Below, piece by piece: positions 1 through 9,624 of a DNA stretch of 64,000 nucleotides. Position 1 is the stretch's first letter. The number at the start of each line of letters is the position of its first letter. The notes beneath the pieces are model-generated. The model saw only the letters and a program-made list of their open reading frames with translations. It was not told the DNA's origin and did not search any database. The stretch lies in assembly GCA_041393415.1 (NCBI GenBank), contig JAWKKE010000001.1, positions 327,608-391,607 on the forward strand, given 5' to 3'. The stretch comes from Thermoleophilia bacterium. GTDB lineage: Bacteria > Actinomycetota > Thermoleophilia > UBA2241. Made by a program: the position numbers and the translations under genes.

Positions 1-194
1 TCCCATTGCTTGGCGGGCTCCTTAAGGCTCGCCAAGTTGACCTCTACATCGAGAAGCTCCGGCTGGTTGGTCTCGTACTCTCCACGGTCGTAGCCCTTGA
101 TGGCCTCGATCTGAACTAGGTCGAAGAACGACTGTTCAAGCCGCAGCGGGGGGTGCTTGAGCATCTGCTTCGTATCCTGCTCCGCCTCGGACAT
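1..194 (-). CDS. Hypothetical protein, partial (N-terminal 64 aa in window; gene runs off the left edge)
   Basis: Minus-strand frame open from 194 to window edge, not in the ORF track because it is truncated. ATG at 194..192 is preceded by AAGGGAG 6 nt upstream. Reads MSEAEQDTKQMLKHPPLRLEQSFFDLVQIEAIKGYDRGEYETNQPELLDVEVNLASLKEPAKQWE. Overlaps the 3' end of the 136..633 ORF in another frame. Confidence 0.35.
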   Translation of the reverse strand, partial: MSEAEQDTKQMLKHPPLRLEQSFFDLVQIEAIKGYDRGEYETNQPELLDVEVNLASLKEPAKQW

Positions 195-633
195 CGAACT
201 CCCTTTCGTATTCGCGATCGCCGGCGCGGACGGCAAGGGGCTGGCAGACCTGACGCGCAGCTTGGTCGATGCTGACCTGGAGCGTAGGGCCCGCAACTCG
301 GCGTTGGCCGGTCACCGCCCAAGCGCGAAGCGTTGGAGCATCCTGCCAAGAGCTGATACTGCCGCTCGGCGCTATGTGCGTTCGCAATTCACCGCCGACG
401 GCGCTGGCAAGACGAACCATGGTTCCGAGCGTGAAGTTCGCATCGCCACGAAGGACCCGTGTCACGTAGGCTTTGGAAGTGCCTAGAGCGTCGGCAAGCT
501 GTTTCCGATTCATCTTGCGCTCGGACATCATGCGATGTAGTTCCTCGGTGAACTGCAGCATCGCCAACTCACGCCAGTAGGTCTGATGCGCGAGCGGATT
601 CTCTATGAAGCGCGCCAGTCCGTGTCCGGGCAT
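136..633 (-). CDS. XRE-family HTH DNA-binding protein, probable HigA-like antitoxin (3' end uncertain)
   Basis: HTH_XRE motif KQLADALGTSKAYVTRVLRGDANFTLGTMVRLASAVGGEL. Start ATG shares ATGA with the stop of the upstream Gp49-like gene. C-terminal ~65 aa are Ala/Arg/Gly-rich low-complexity and may not be real coding. Confidence 0.6.
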   Translation of the reverse strand: MPGHGLARFIENPLAHQTYWRELAMLQFTEELHRMMSERKMNRKQLADALGTSKAYVTRVLRGDANFTLGTMVRLASAVGGELRTHIAPSGSISSWQDAPTLRAWAVTGQRRVAGPTLQVSIDQAARQVCQPLAVRAGDREYEREFDVRGGAGYEADAQAPPAAA

Positions 634-1049
634 TACGTCCCCTCGTAGTCGATGATTTCCGTGCTCGAACTGGCCAAGTACCGGTCCTTCTCGGCCAGGA
701 CCTTCTGCTCTTCGGTCGCGTAGCTCTTGACCATGCCCTTCGTCAGGCCGTGAGTGCAGACGATGCGCTTCCCATCCCTGAAGCAGAAGATGCGAAGATG
801 CTTCGTCTTGAACTCGAACGCTCCACGCTTCTTGTGGATCGGCTTGAAGTGCTCGGCGTTCGTCGGCGGCCCGTGGTCAACAGTGAACCCGAAGCGAGCC
901 CACATCTTTTGACTCTCGGCATCGTCAACGCTCTCGAGAAACTGGGCCACCTGACAGCCGCCGCGATCGTCCATTACAGCAAGAACCGGCCACTCTCCAT
1001 TACCCAGTCGACAAAGACGGTAGTTAACATTAGCGTTAACCGCGCTCAT
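633..1049 (-). CDS. Type II toxin, RelE/ParE superfamily, Gp49/HigB-like (DUF891-like)
   Basis: 138-aa ORF with KHLRIFCFRDGKRIVCTHGLTKG, typical of Gp49-like killer proteins. Stop overlaps the antitoxin start (ATGA at 633). Confidence 0.55.
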   Translation of the reverse strand: MSAVNANVNYRLCRLGNGEWPVLAVMDDRGGCQVAQFLESVDDAESQKMWARFGFTVDHGPPTNAEHFKPIHKKRGAFEFKTKHLRIFCFRDGKRIVCTHGLTKGMVKSYATEEQKVLAEKDRYLASSSTEIIDYEGT

Positions 1050-1475
1050 CCTCCCCTAGACGGAGCCGAGTGTCAATCCGGTCTGGCCGTTGGCGGACCC
1101 GTCGGCATGGTATCACTCGACTCGAGATCTGACGCGGCCGACACCTTGAGACCACGGGGCACTGCCCATCCAGTCGGGCGAGCAGTGCTCCGGACCGCCA
1201 TGCGTCGCAACCCCTCCTGTTCGCGTCGTGCATGGAGGATGCAAGGGCCTGACACCGGTGCTGGGCAGGGCCGGCAGTTCTCACTCCCAGGGATCGCCCG
1301 GTCCCTCACTCGCCGAAGAGGCAGCCCCAGGAATAGCATTGGAGCGCCTTTGAAGATCGCCACGGCCTTGCCAGCATCGCCCACAGCTGGACGAGAAGCA
1401 TGGCGACGGAGATTCGACCCGACGACGCGTCGGTCGAGCAATCGCGTAGCCAAGCGCAGGTGGAGGGACCAGCGG

Positions 1476-3257
1476 ATGTCATTCCAGACCCCGATCACGA
1501 TCCACAAGGCGCTGCAGGGCATAACAGCGCACGAATACGTCTTGCCGGCAATCCAGCGGGAGTTCGTCTGGAAGCCCGACCAGATATGCGCCTTCTTCGA
1601 TAGCCTCATGCGCCGCTATCCAATCGGGTCGTTCTTGTTCTGGGAAATCCCGGCGAACGACCTCGGTGACTACGTCTTCTACGACTTCATCCGCAACTAT
1701 CATGAACGGCGCGCGGCCAATTGCGCGATCGTGCCCAAAGACGCGTTGCCGACCGGAAAGCCAGCGACCGCCATCCTCGACGGCCAGCAGCGCATGACGG
1801 CGCTCAACGTAGGGCTGCGCGGCAGTCACGCTAAGCGGCTCCCGCGCAAGTGGTGGAACAACCCGGACGCGTTTCCGAAGAAGAAGCTCTACCTGAACAT
1901 CGCTGGGCCGGCGAGCGACAATGACGACAAGCTCATGTACGACTTCCGTTTTCTCACGAAGGAAGAGGCTGTCGACGGCAAGGTCGATGGTGCGCACTGG
2001 TTCCCCGTCCCGAAGATCCGTGACCTCACCGACGGCACCGACAGCGTTGGCATCTTCAAGTACATCCAGAAGGCCGGCCTGGCGGCCGAGAATGAGTTCG
2101 CGTTTCAGACGCTGGACCGTCTACGTCAGCTGGTCTTTCAGGATGCTGCGATCAGCTACTACGCCGTCGATGAACGCGAGCTGGACAACGTCCTCGACAT
2201 CTTCATTCGCGTGAACAGCGGCGGCACGGTGCTGTCGTATTCCGACTTGCTTCTCAGCATCGCCACAGCCCAGTGGTCCGAGCGCGATGCGCGCCAAGAC
2301 ATCAATGACCTAGTCGAGAAGATCAATGCGACAGGTCAAGGATTCGGCTTCACAAAGGACGTCGTGCTCAAGGCCGGCCTGGTCCTCAGCGACATCGGCG
2401 ACATCAGGTTCAAGGTCACCAACTTCAATCAGCAGAACATGCAACGGCTGGAGCAGGACTGGGACGCGATCTCGGCCGGCTTGACCTTGGGCACCAAGCT
2501 GCTCGCCTCATTCGGCTTCAGCGAGCGCACGCTCGGCGCGGACTATGTACTCTTGCCGCTCGCCTACTACGTGAAGATGCGGGGGTTCGACGAGACGTAT
2601 GTCACCTCGGATTCCTGGCGTGACGATCGTGAGAAGGTCCGCGGGTGGGTGCTGCGCTCGCTTCTGAAGGCGGGCATCTGGGGTTCTGGGCAGGACAGCC
2701 TCTTGGGCCGGCTGCGCGATGCCATCAAGAAGAACGGCCAGTCCGGGTTCCCCAGCGAACAGATCGAGACGGCCTTGGCGCCAATTGGCAAGAGCCTCAA
2801 GTTCGGCGCCGAGGAGATCGACGACTTGCTGGACCTCCAGTACGGAAAGCCGAGAACCTTCGTCACGCTCGCGCTGCTCTATCCCAAGTTCAGCTTCGAG
2901 ACCGAGCTGCACGTCGATCATGTGTTTCCGCAGAAGCTCTTCTACAAGAAGGCTCTGGGGCAGGCCGGCGTCGCAGCCGACGCACGAGAGGACTACATCG
3001 CCCTTATGAATGGGCTGCCCAATCTCCAGCTGCTGCCCGGCGCCGTGAACATCAAGAAGCAGGGAACGCTGCCCAGGAAGTGGATCGACGGCCTCGCCGT
3101 CGGGTCAGACCAGGCTCAGGCGAAAGCGGCGCGTGAGTCCTACCTGGCGACGCACGATCTGCACGGCGTACCCGACGGCATGCTTGGGTTCCCTGAGTTC
3201 TACGAGGCGCGCAAGAAGCGCATGCGCGAACGACTCGAGATGCTGCTCGGCGTCTAG
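1476..3257 (+). CDS. DUF262/DUF1524 (GmrSD / BrxU / SspE-like) putative type IV modification-dependent restriction endonuclease
   Basis: ATG at 1476 with GGAGGGA 6 nt upstream. The 750..1475 part of the track ORF is antisense artefact. N-terminal DUF262 hallmarks: IHKALQGI, QREFVW, AILDGQQRMTAL (DGQQR motif). C-terminal DUF1524-like ELHVDHVFPQ (His-Me finger). Confidence 0.8.
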   Translation: MSFQTPITIHKALQGITAHEYVLPAIQREFVWKPDQICAFFDSLMRRYPIGSFLFWEIPANDLGDYVFYDFIRNYHERRAANCAIVPKDALPTGKPATAILDGQQRMTALNVGLRGSHAKRLPRKWWNNPDAFPKKKLYLNIAGPASDNDDKLMYDFRFLTKEEAVDGKVDGAHWFPVPKIRDLTDGTDSVGIFKYIQKAGLAAENEFAFQTLDRLRQLVFQDAAISYYAVDERELDNVLDIFIRVNSGGTVLSYSDLLLSIATAQWSERDARQDINDLVEKINATGQGFGFTKDVVLKAGLVLSDIGDIRFKVTNFNQQNMQRLEQDWDAISAGLTLGTKLLASFGFSERTLGADYVLLPLAYYVKMRGFDETYVTSDSWRDDREKVRGWVLRSLLKAGIWGSGQDSLLGRLRDAIKKNGQSGFPSEQIETALAPIGKSLKFGAEEIDDLLDLQYGKPRTFVTLALLYPKFSFETELHVDHVFPQKLFYKKALGQAGVAADAREDYIALMNGLPNLQLLPGAVNIKKQGTLPRKWIDGLAVGSDQAQAKAARESYLATHDLHGVPDGMLGFPEFYEARKKRMRERLEMLLGV

Positions 3258-3285
3258 TTTCCAATCTCTGTCTTGCGGGGGTCGC

Positions 3286-3771
3286 ATGGATGACTACTAC
3301 GAGGGGGTCGTCATCGAATACCTGCGTGCCGACCCAACAATGTTCGTCAGGCCGCAATGCTGCATCCAACTGCACCCAGGCTCGCTCAAGGCATGCGATG
3401 AGCACTGGTACTGCGATGCCGTGGCTGTTCGCTTCCGCGAGCCAATCACGGTCTTTCTGTGCAAAGTCACGTTCGCGAAGACCCCTGTAGCCCTCTTCAA
3501 TCGCCTTCGCGCCTGGCGTGAGCACTGGCCAGACGTCTGCGCCGCTCTGGCGAGCGAAAACGGCCTCGCGGAGGCGTGGCCTGTGCAGCCATGGGTGTTC
3601 GTGCGCGGTGACCGGAGGGCGTTCGTGGCACGGAAGCTTGACGAGATCCTCCACCCGCTAGGCGGACCAGGTCAGATGCCAGAGCCGCTAATTACCGGCC
3701 TTGAAGATGTGACGCCGTGGCGGTACAAGCTGCCGCTCCTGCTTCCCACCGCGAGCGACGGAAAGCAGTAA
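3286..3771 (+). CDS. Hypothetical protein (161 aa), translationally coupled to the next gene
   Basis: ATG 3286 in the same frame as track ORF 3133..3771. Stop TAA overlaps the next ATG (TAATG at 3769-3773). No recognisable domain; Cys/His-containing (CCIQLHPGSLKACDEHWYCD). Confidence 0.5.
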   Translation: MDDYYEGVVIEYLRADPTMFVRPQCCIQLHPGSLKACDEHWYCDAVAVRFREPITVFLCKVTFAKTPVALFNRLRAWREHWPDVCAALASENGLAEAWPVQPWVFVRGDRRAFVARKLDEILHPLGGPGQMPEPLITGLEDVTPWRYKLPLLLPTASDGKQ

Positions 3772-4976
3772 TGCCAGTCAGCCTACTCATCGGCCTTGAT
3801 GTGGGCTGGAGTGAAAGACGACGCACCTGCGGAGTTGCGGTACAGGGAGCTCGGCTTGAGGTGGCCGGCGCCGTGACCTACGGCGACGTCTGCGCGATTG
3901 CATTGTTCAAGCGAGACGTCGTGCGAGTGCTCACCCCTGTTGTGGAAAGAGCACTGTGTGATGGACGACGAGTCCTGGTTGTGGCGGACGCGATTGTTGG
4001 ACCTCACCCAATCCCGTCTTCTGTACGTCGCGTCGACACTGAATGTTCGAGAGCCGGCTTCTTCGGCCGCGCTCAGTCGTATCCGGCGACCCAGAACACC
4101 GGGCAGCTGCTGTCAATGACCCTGCACGAGATACTCGACGACCTCAGCGCCGGTGTGAACACCTGCTGGATCCCGTGGATAGGCGATGGCGCTCTGCCCT
4201 CCCAGGGACTGATCGTGATGGAGACAAATCCGACGACCTCCATGGCAGTGGCGTTCTCGATGGCCGATCATGGGTCGCTGCCGACACGGTCCGCCCCCCG
4301 GCGGCTCTCGGACGGCACTCTGGTACGCGCGAAGTCGGACTGGTACTGGCGGTCTGGAGCAGGAGAACTTTGCGCAGAGATGCTCGCGACGCCCGCCGTC
4401 CGCAACGAGTACGATCACGAGCGAGTCGCTGGCCTCTGGTGCCTGGCGCTTGCGCGTGAGGTTGAGGCGTCAGGTGGAGCGGCGCTCATCGGGGACGAGC
4501 ATGGCGCCTACCTTGTGGGCAGCGTGGACCCATCATGGGTCGCGGACGTTCAGCGGGTCGGCATCCGCTGGGGCGAAATCCAGCTCGTCCCGCGCAGTCT
4601 TGCCGCTCCAGACTCGACGCCAAAGCACCTCGTGCCCGTGCCTGCCCTCCACACCCCCCTCCCCGCAATGTCTGCCTTAACTGGCGAGGGTCCGGACGAT
4701 GATGCGCTTCGCGGCGATATGGTTCGTGTCCACTTCACGGACGTCGGTGGCCTAACTCGGAAAGCCAATGGCTGGCTCGACACGGTCGACATGCCCTGCA
4801 GACTTCGTCTCCGAGGCAAGACGACACTCGACGTCACGGTGACGCCATTTGCTCCACCGAACCACCGCAGCCAGTTCAGAGTGATTCCCTCAATCGGACA
4901 GGTGCTGCGCGCATGGGGCGGTCCTAAGACGCTCAGCATCAGCGAGGACTTGCTGGTGCTCGGGCAAGTGCTCTGA
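3771..4976 (+). CDS. Hypothetical protein with RNase-H-like (DUF429 / YqgF / RuvC-like) N-terminus, 402 aa
   Basis: Starts MPVSLLIGLDVGWSERRRTCGVAV (hhhGhDhG motif of RNase-H-fold nucleases). A later IVMETNPTTSMAV resembles the ExxP motif of DUF429. C-terminal ~150 aa have no match. ATG overlaps the stop of the upstream gene. Confidence 0.45.
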   Translation: MPVSLLIGLDVGWSERRRTCGVAVQGARLEVAGAVTYGDVCAIALFKRDVVRVLTPVVERALCDGRRVLVVADAIVGPHPIPSSVRRVDTECSRAGFFGRAQSYPATQNTGQLLSMTLHEILDDLSAGVNTCWIPWIGDGALPSQGLIVMETNPTTSMAVAFSMADHGSLPTRSAPRRLSDGTLVRAKSDWYWRSGAGELCAEMLATPAVRNEYDHERVAGLWCLALAREVEASGGAALIGDEHGAYLVGSVDPSWVADVQRVGIRWGEIQLVPRSLAAPDSTPKHLVPVPALHTPLPAMSALTGEGPDDDALRGDMVRVHFTDVGGLTRKANGWLDTVDMPCRLRLRGKTTLDVTVTPFAPPNHRSQFRVIPSIGQVLRAWGGPKTLSISEDLLVLGQVL

Positions 4977-5040
4977 CCGTCCTGACCCACGATAGAGGCG
5001 CCACCACACTGCTAGTGGAGCTCGTCCACCATTCGCGTGG

Positions 5041-7080
5041 CTAGCCCTCGAGCGACTTCAGAACCACCCGATCGAGATCGGCATAGAAGCCGATGTCCAG
5101 CTTGCCCACGACATCCTCGGGCAGGGCCGAGAACTGAGCCTTGTTAGCTATGGGCACGAGCACGTTGATCGCGCCGTTCCCGGCCGCGACCTGCAAAGGC
5201 TCCAGGATCGACTGTGCGGCCCGGATGTTCCCCTGGATAGTCAGGTCGCCCATCACGACAGTCCCACCTCGAACCCTCTTGCCACGGAGCGCGGAGACCA
5301 GTGCGACGTAGAACGCGACGCCGCAAGGGCATGCGACCTTGCTGCCGTTGAGGTCGACCGCCTCGGCGGAGACGTTCTGTGCATGAAGGGCTTGCGCCAA
5401 CCCGATGCGATCCTTGACGGAGTCGAGGTAGGTCATCGCCCGATTCAGGGACTCCTTGATCTCCTTGTCCAGGCCCGTCGGAGTCAGCGCCTTGCCGGTG
5501 CCCGGCGACGTCGTAACCTCGATGCGGTATAGCCCCACCCGGGCCTCGGCATCGGAGGCAAGCGTGTAGACAGTGCCAGGGGCCATCGGGTCCTGCGAGA
5601 TCTGAAGCCCGCCGCCCTGCTCGGGGACCCCAACGATGATTTCGTGGTCATCATCTATGTCGTAGTAGCTGAACGTCGTCTTGAAGAACTCGAACGAGCC
5701 GCGCTTCTTGAGCTGCTCCTTGACGCGCCGCCTGCCCTCGAGCGCGAGCTCGAGGTACTCGACGAGCTCCTCCTTTGTGTAGTCGCCATCGGGGTGCAGC
5801 AGCTTCAGATATCCCGACACCGTCTTCTTGACGGCGGTAGCATCGCGACCCTCCACATTGGAACCGAGGCGGAACTGCTTCTCTACGACGTCGAAGAGGT
5901 TCTGCTTCCGCAGCGTGCGGAACGCCTCGGCGAGGTAGTCAGTGACGAACCCGTACCTCTTCGTCTGGATGTCGCGCGAGATCTTGGGCACTTCCCAGCC
6001 CGGAAGGTAGAAGTGGAAGCGGTCCATGACGGCCAGGTCGAACTCCGCCGGTAGCGACTGGAAGAGGTCGGTCGTGCCACCGGCCACTAGCGCCTCGACA
6101 GACTGATTCAGGTTACCGAGAAAGACCAAGGATGCATCAGCAAGTACCTGGGTGACACCGCGACTGAAGCGCCCGTTGGCCATGTAGTCCTTCATGATCT
6201 GGATCGTGTCGGGGTCGTTGACCTTCATTCCACCGACCTCGTCGAAGGCGACGACGTCCCAGTGGCCGACCAGTCCAACGACGCGCCGCGCGTTGTTGTA
6301 GAAGAGGTTCGCGGAGCTCGCCTTGCCTCCCGAGATGAGGATGCAGTACGGCGACATCTCGCTGAATGCATAGGACTTGCCTGTGGCGCGCGGTCCAAGC
6401 TCGATGAAGTTGTAGTTCTTCTCGACGAAGCCGATCAGGCGCGAGAGCAGGAGCAGCTTCAGCCGGTGATCGAATCGTTGCGGCTCGAGTCCGATGCTGC
6501 GCACGAGGGCATCGATCCATTCGTCTGTCGTGAACTCCCGACGACCGTCGCAGTACTCCTCGAAGTCAAAGCGCGCGAGTTGAATCGGCTTGAGCTCAGC
6601 GATGTGGAAGGGACTGCCCTTCGTACCCTCTTCGGCAGGCTGAAACTCGACATCGACTAGAGCCCAAATACCGCCTTCGAGCAGTCGGTCGTAGCGACGA
6701 TAGAACTTGTCGGTGATGTGGATCTTGTTGAAGCCGAAGTTGTCGAGCGAGGCCCAGTACTTGTTCTCGCTGGGCAGGTACCGCACTTCAACTCGGTCGA
6801 TGAAGCGATGCGTACCCTGTTGCTCCACCATCGCCTGGGCCTTGTTGGCCTCGTCATGTCGGAAGAAGTTCTTGGAGAGCGTGTCTTTGACGGCCTGAAT
6901 GCCGACTCTGATCTCATCCGGATCGTCAGACGCGCAGTACCGCCCCAGAAGGTACTCGAGGACGTACGAGGGCACATTGGCGCCACCCTTGAGCTGATGA
7001 AGAAGGTCCTTACGCACGACCTTGCCGGCAAACACACTGCCAAGCTTGGCATCGAGCTCATCACGTGTGACTGGTTGCAC
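5041..7080 (-). CDS. brxL: BREX system Lon protease-like protein BrxL
   Basis: 679 aa. N-terminus MQPVTRDELDAKLGSVFAGKVVRKDLLHQLKGGANVPSYVLEYLLGRYCASDD, then ELGPRATGKS, WDVVAFDEVGG, TVSGYLKLLHPDGDY and C-terminal Lon-protease-like domain. Collinear with BrxL. Confidence 0.9.
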   Translation of the reverse strand: MQPVTRDELDAKLGSVFAGKVVRKDLLHQLKGGANVPSYVLEYLLGRYCASDDPDEIRVGIQAVKDTLSKNFFRHDEANKAQAMVEQQGTHRFIDRVEVRYLPSENKYWASLDNFGFNKIHITDKFYRRYDRLLEGGIWALVDVEFQPAEEGTKGSPFHIAELKPIQLARFDFEEYCDGRREFTTDEWIDALVRSIGLEPQRFDHRLKLLLLSRLIGFVEKNYNFIELGPRATGKSYAFSEMSPYCILISGGKASSANLFYNNARRVVGLVGHWDVVAFDEVGGMKVNDPDTIQIMKDYMANGRFSRGVTQVLADASLVFLGNLNQSVEALVAGGTTDLFQSLPAEFDLAVMDRFHFYLPGWEVPKISRDIQTKRYGFVTDYLAEAFRTLRKQNLFDVVEKQFRLGSNVEGRDATAVKKTVSGYLKLLHPDGDYTKEELVEYLELALEGRRRVKEQLKKRGSFEFFKTTFSYYDIDDDHEIIVGVPEQGGGLQISQDPMAPGTVYTLASDAEARVGLYRIEVTTSPGTGKALTPTGLDKEIKESLNRAMTYLDSVKDRIGLAQALHAQNVSAEAVDLNGSKVACPCGVAFYVALVSALRGKRVRGGTVVMGDLTIQGNIRAAQSILEPLQVAAGNGAINVLVPIANKAQFSALPEDVVGKLDIGFYADLDRVVLKSLEG

Positions 7081-7092
7081 CTGGATCTCCCG

Positions 7093-9624
7093 TCAGTCGA
7101 GCATCGCGTTCTTGAGAGACAACTTCGCGAACAGTAGTCCTGTAACAGGATCGACGACCCGCACTTCAATCTTGTCGCCTGAGAATCCTTCGCTGATGAG
7201 AATCGGAACCTGCGTCTCCGCTCCACTACGCAGCGTTACGAGCCCGGAGGTGGCGTCGCGAGCATCGCAGTCGGCAGCCTCGCCAACGACCGCTGCCTTC
7301 TGGCCGGCGCCGTCGTAAGCTTCGACCCACACCTGCCGACTGTCGGCAAGCATGGCGTTGAACCAGACCTTCACACCAACGACGCGGCTCGTGAACTTGT
7401 CGGCCTTGTAGGCCAGACGAACCTCGCCCTCGCCGGAATCAGCAGCCCGGCCACTGGCGTCCAGCACCACCACCGGCAGCACACACTCCTGCAGGGAGAT
7501 GCCCTCGTGGAAGTAGCCGCCGCCGGCCGAAAACACCTTTAGACCGGTCGGCACCACGAGCTCCGGCGCCGGCCCGTCGATTCCGAGATCCCGCGCCTTC
7601 ATGACCAGCGACCCCGGACTTGAGCCGTGACAGCTGCCCAAGCGACAGCGACGCTTCTCAAGCAGCCACTCACCTTGCGGAGCAGCAACCACGTCACCGG
7701 GGGGGATCTCTGGGAGCAGCACGTGGCCGTGATCTGCAGCGAATACGAAGTGCTCGAAGCCCAGGGCCACGAGCGCGTCGGTCGCCTTGCGCAGGTGGGT
7801 CAACACCTTGCTCATGAACTCGCGCGCCATCAGAAGGTTCGTGCCTTCACCAAACGCATCGATGTCCTGCGAGCGCACGACGAGAAGATCAGTGCTGCCA
7901 TACTTGGCGTTCAGCTGGACACTCCGGGACGACAACAGCTCCGACAGCGTGATCTCCTTGAACCGATCTCCAAGAGTCACTTTTAGAAGCGCCATGCGAT
8001 CCGAGGAGGCAGGTAGGGATCTCTCGCCGATGTTGGGCACTAGCTCGTCGCCCTTCTTCTCCAGCCGAAGAGCCCCATCGGCTCCTGGCATGAGGGCCGC
8101 CATGCCGACCGGAGTCGTCGTCGGCAGAGACGCCGCCGCCGGCGTCAGCTCGACGCGCCCCAACGGAGCGAGTCCTTCGACAAGGTCCCGCGCCAGTTCG
8201 TAGCGCAATGCGTCCACGAGGAAGTAGACGACGCGGGTACGCTCCGTCAGAGCCGGGGCCACGTGCCTTTCGTAAGTCTGAGTCGCACGCGCGAATCCGT
8301 CCGCCGGCCAACCATCGGCCTTCACGGCGCCGAGGAACTGCTCTTGAAGCGCCTCAGCCTGCTTCCGATAGGTCGCACGACAGCGGTCGACCACGCCGTC
8401 GAGCACCTCAGCATCGGGGCACTCAGCGTAGCCCTGCTCGAAGAGGCGCTGGTGACGATCGAGGCGCCAGAGTCCGTCGTCGGCGCTATACGCTTCGATC
8501 CATTCGTGAACGGCAGTGCCCTTCTGAGGCAACGTGTGTTGTAGACCGGAGGCGTACTCCGCGAAAGCCACGCACCGCTCGAGCGCCCGCCAACGAAGAC
8601 CCTGCTCCACCACCGAAGTCCAGACTGACTGACGCCTTGACTCAACCAGGGCGCGCGCTCGATCCTGAGCGTTGTCCAGGAGGAAGGTTGCGGCTGATCT
8701 CAGGGCAGCGTCATTCTGGAATCCAAAGGTGTCCTCTGACCAGGTGCACGACCCCGTGTCAACCAACGATTGGAGATTGAGCTCCCTGGCCACTCGGTCC
8801 GCCAGATCCATGTAGTGCTCGCGCAGTGAGGCATCGTTGCGCATCCGCTCGCAAACCGCAGAGACGCGGTCCCCGCAGACATCCGGTGCGACCGGAATCG
8901 ACGTGAGCGAATCCGAGAGCGAACGGCCGACACACGCGGCTAGTTCGGATACGAGCACGAAGCGCCCGAGAGGCGGCAGCAAATCGTCCACTGCCATCTG
9001 CCCATCTGGCGCCTCGAAGCCAAGCTCAGTCTGAAGCAGCCGCAGGAGCTCATCGCGCGCGCCCGGTACGAGCTCTATGCGCTCGGCAAATTCGTCATCG
9101 CACAGGAGCTTCGACACGATCTCCACGACCGACTCGGTCCCGCACGCCGTGCCGAGGGCTGCATAGCCAGTCGACTGCTCAAGCGCGTCCAACATCCTGA
9201 TTGCCGGCATGCCCTTCGCAAAGTAACCATCAATCTCGCTCGCAGCGTCAGGCATCGCCTGGCGGGCGAGAGACTGCAGTCGCTCCGACTCCTGGTCTCC
9301 AAATGCCGTGCCAACGACTGCGAAGCCTTCGAACAGGTCCTGGACCCGTTCCTTCTCATCGGTGAACCGACTCATAGGAACGTAGATAAGCAGACTTGGA
9401 GCAGCTCCCGTGCTCCCCTCGGCGACGCTGAGACGCTCAAATGCATCTTCAGCATCTCTGCGAGCCCTCAGCCGTGATTCCGTAGCCGTGATTCGGGTGC
9501 AATCTGGGATGTCTAGACTATCGAATACCTCCTCGAACGCACCCTCTCCGTCGTACCAGACGACCACTCGGTACTGCTCGAGATACTCTCGCATCCGATC
9601 CTGGACGAAGCTCGATACCTTCAC
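7093..9624 (-). CDS. pglZ: BREX alkaline-phosphatase-superfamily protein PglZ
   Basis: 843 aa. N-terminus RVVVWYDGEGAFEEVFD and PglZ-domain VVYFLVDALRYELARDL. Lies between pglX and brxL as in type 1 BREX. ATGA overlap with upstream pglX-C stop. Confidence 0.85.
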   Translation of the reverse strand: MKVSSFVQDRMREYLEQYRVVVWYDGEGAFEEVFDSLDIPDCTRITATESRLRARRDAEDAFERLSVAEGSTGAAPSLLIYVPMSRFTDEKERVQDLFEGFAVVGTAFGDQESERLQSLARQAMPDAASEIDGYFAKGMPAIRMLDALEQSTGYAALGTACGTESVVEIVSKLLCDDEFAERIELVPGARDELLRLLQTELGFEAPDGQMAVDDLLPPLGRFVLVSELAACVGRSLSDSLTSIPVAPDVCGDRVSAVCERMRNDASLREHYMDLADRVARELNLQSLVDTGSCTWSEDTFGFQNDAALRSAATFLLDNAQDRARALVESRRQSVWTSVVEQGLRWRALERCVAFAEYASGLQHTLPQKGTAVHEWIEAYSADDGLWRLDRHQRLFEQGYAECPDAEVLDGVVDRCRATYRKQAEALQEQFLGAVKADGWPADGFARATQTYERHVAPALTERTRVVYFLVDALRYELARDLVEGLAPLGRVELTPAAASLPTTTPVGMAALMPGADGALRLEKKGDELVPNIGERSLPASSDRMALLKVTLGDRFKEITLSELLSSRSVQLNAKYGSTDLLVVRSQDIDAFGEGTNLLMAREFMSKVLTHLRKATDALVALGFEHFVFAADHGHVLLPEIPPGDVVAAPQGEWLLEKRRCRLGSCHGSSPGSLVMKARDLGIDGPAPELVVPTGLKVFSAGGGYFHEGISLQECVLPVVVLDASGRAADSGEGEVRLAYKADKFTSRVVGVKVWFNAMLADSRQVWVEAYDGAGQKAAVVGEAADCDARDATSGLVTLRSGAETQVPILISEGFSGDKIEVRVVDPVTGLLFAKLSLKNAMLD

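Noticed and set aside
1410-1430. gattcgaccc resembling the tRNA-Arg T-arm region (possible attL)
   Set aside because: Only a 9/10 match over 10 nt with no extended identity to the tRNA 3' end. Insufficient to call an att repeat.
750-1475. N-terminal 242 aa of the track ORF 750..3257
   Set aside because: This part runs antisense through the toxin/antitoxin genes and the intergenic region and is low-complexity (Arg/Ala/Ser-rich). The true DUF262 gene starts at ATG 1476, which has an RBS.
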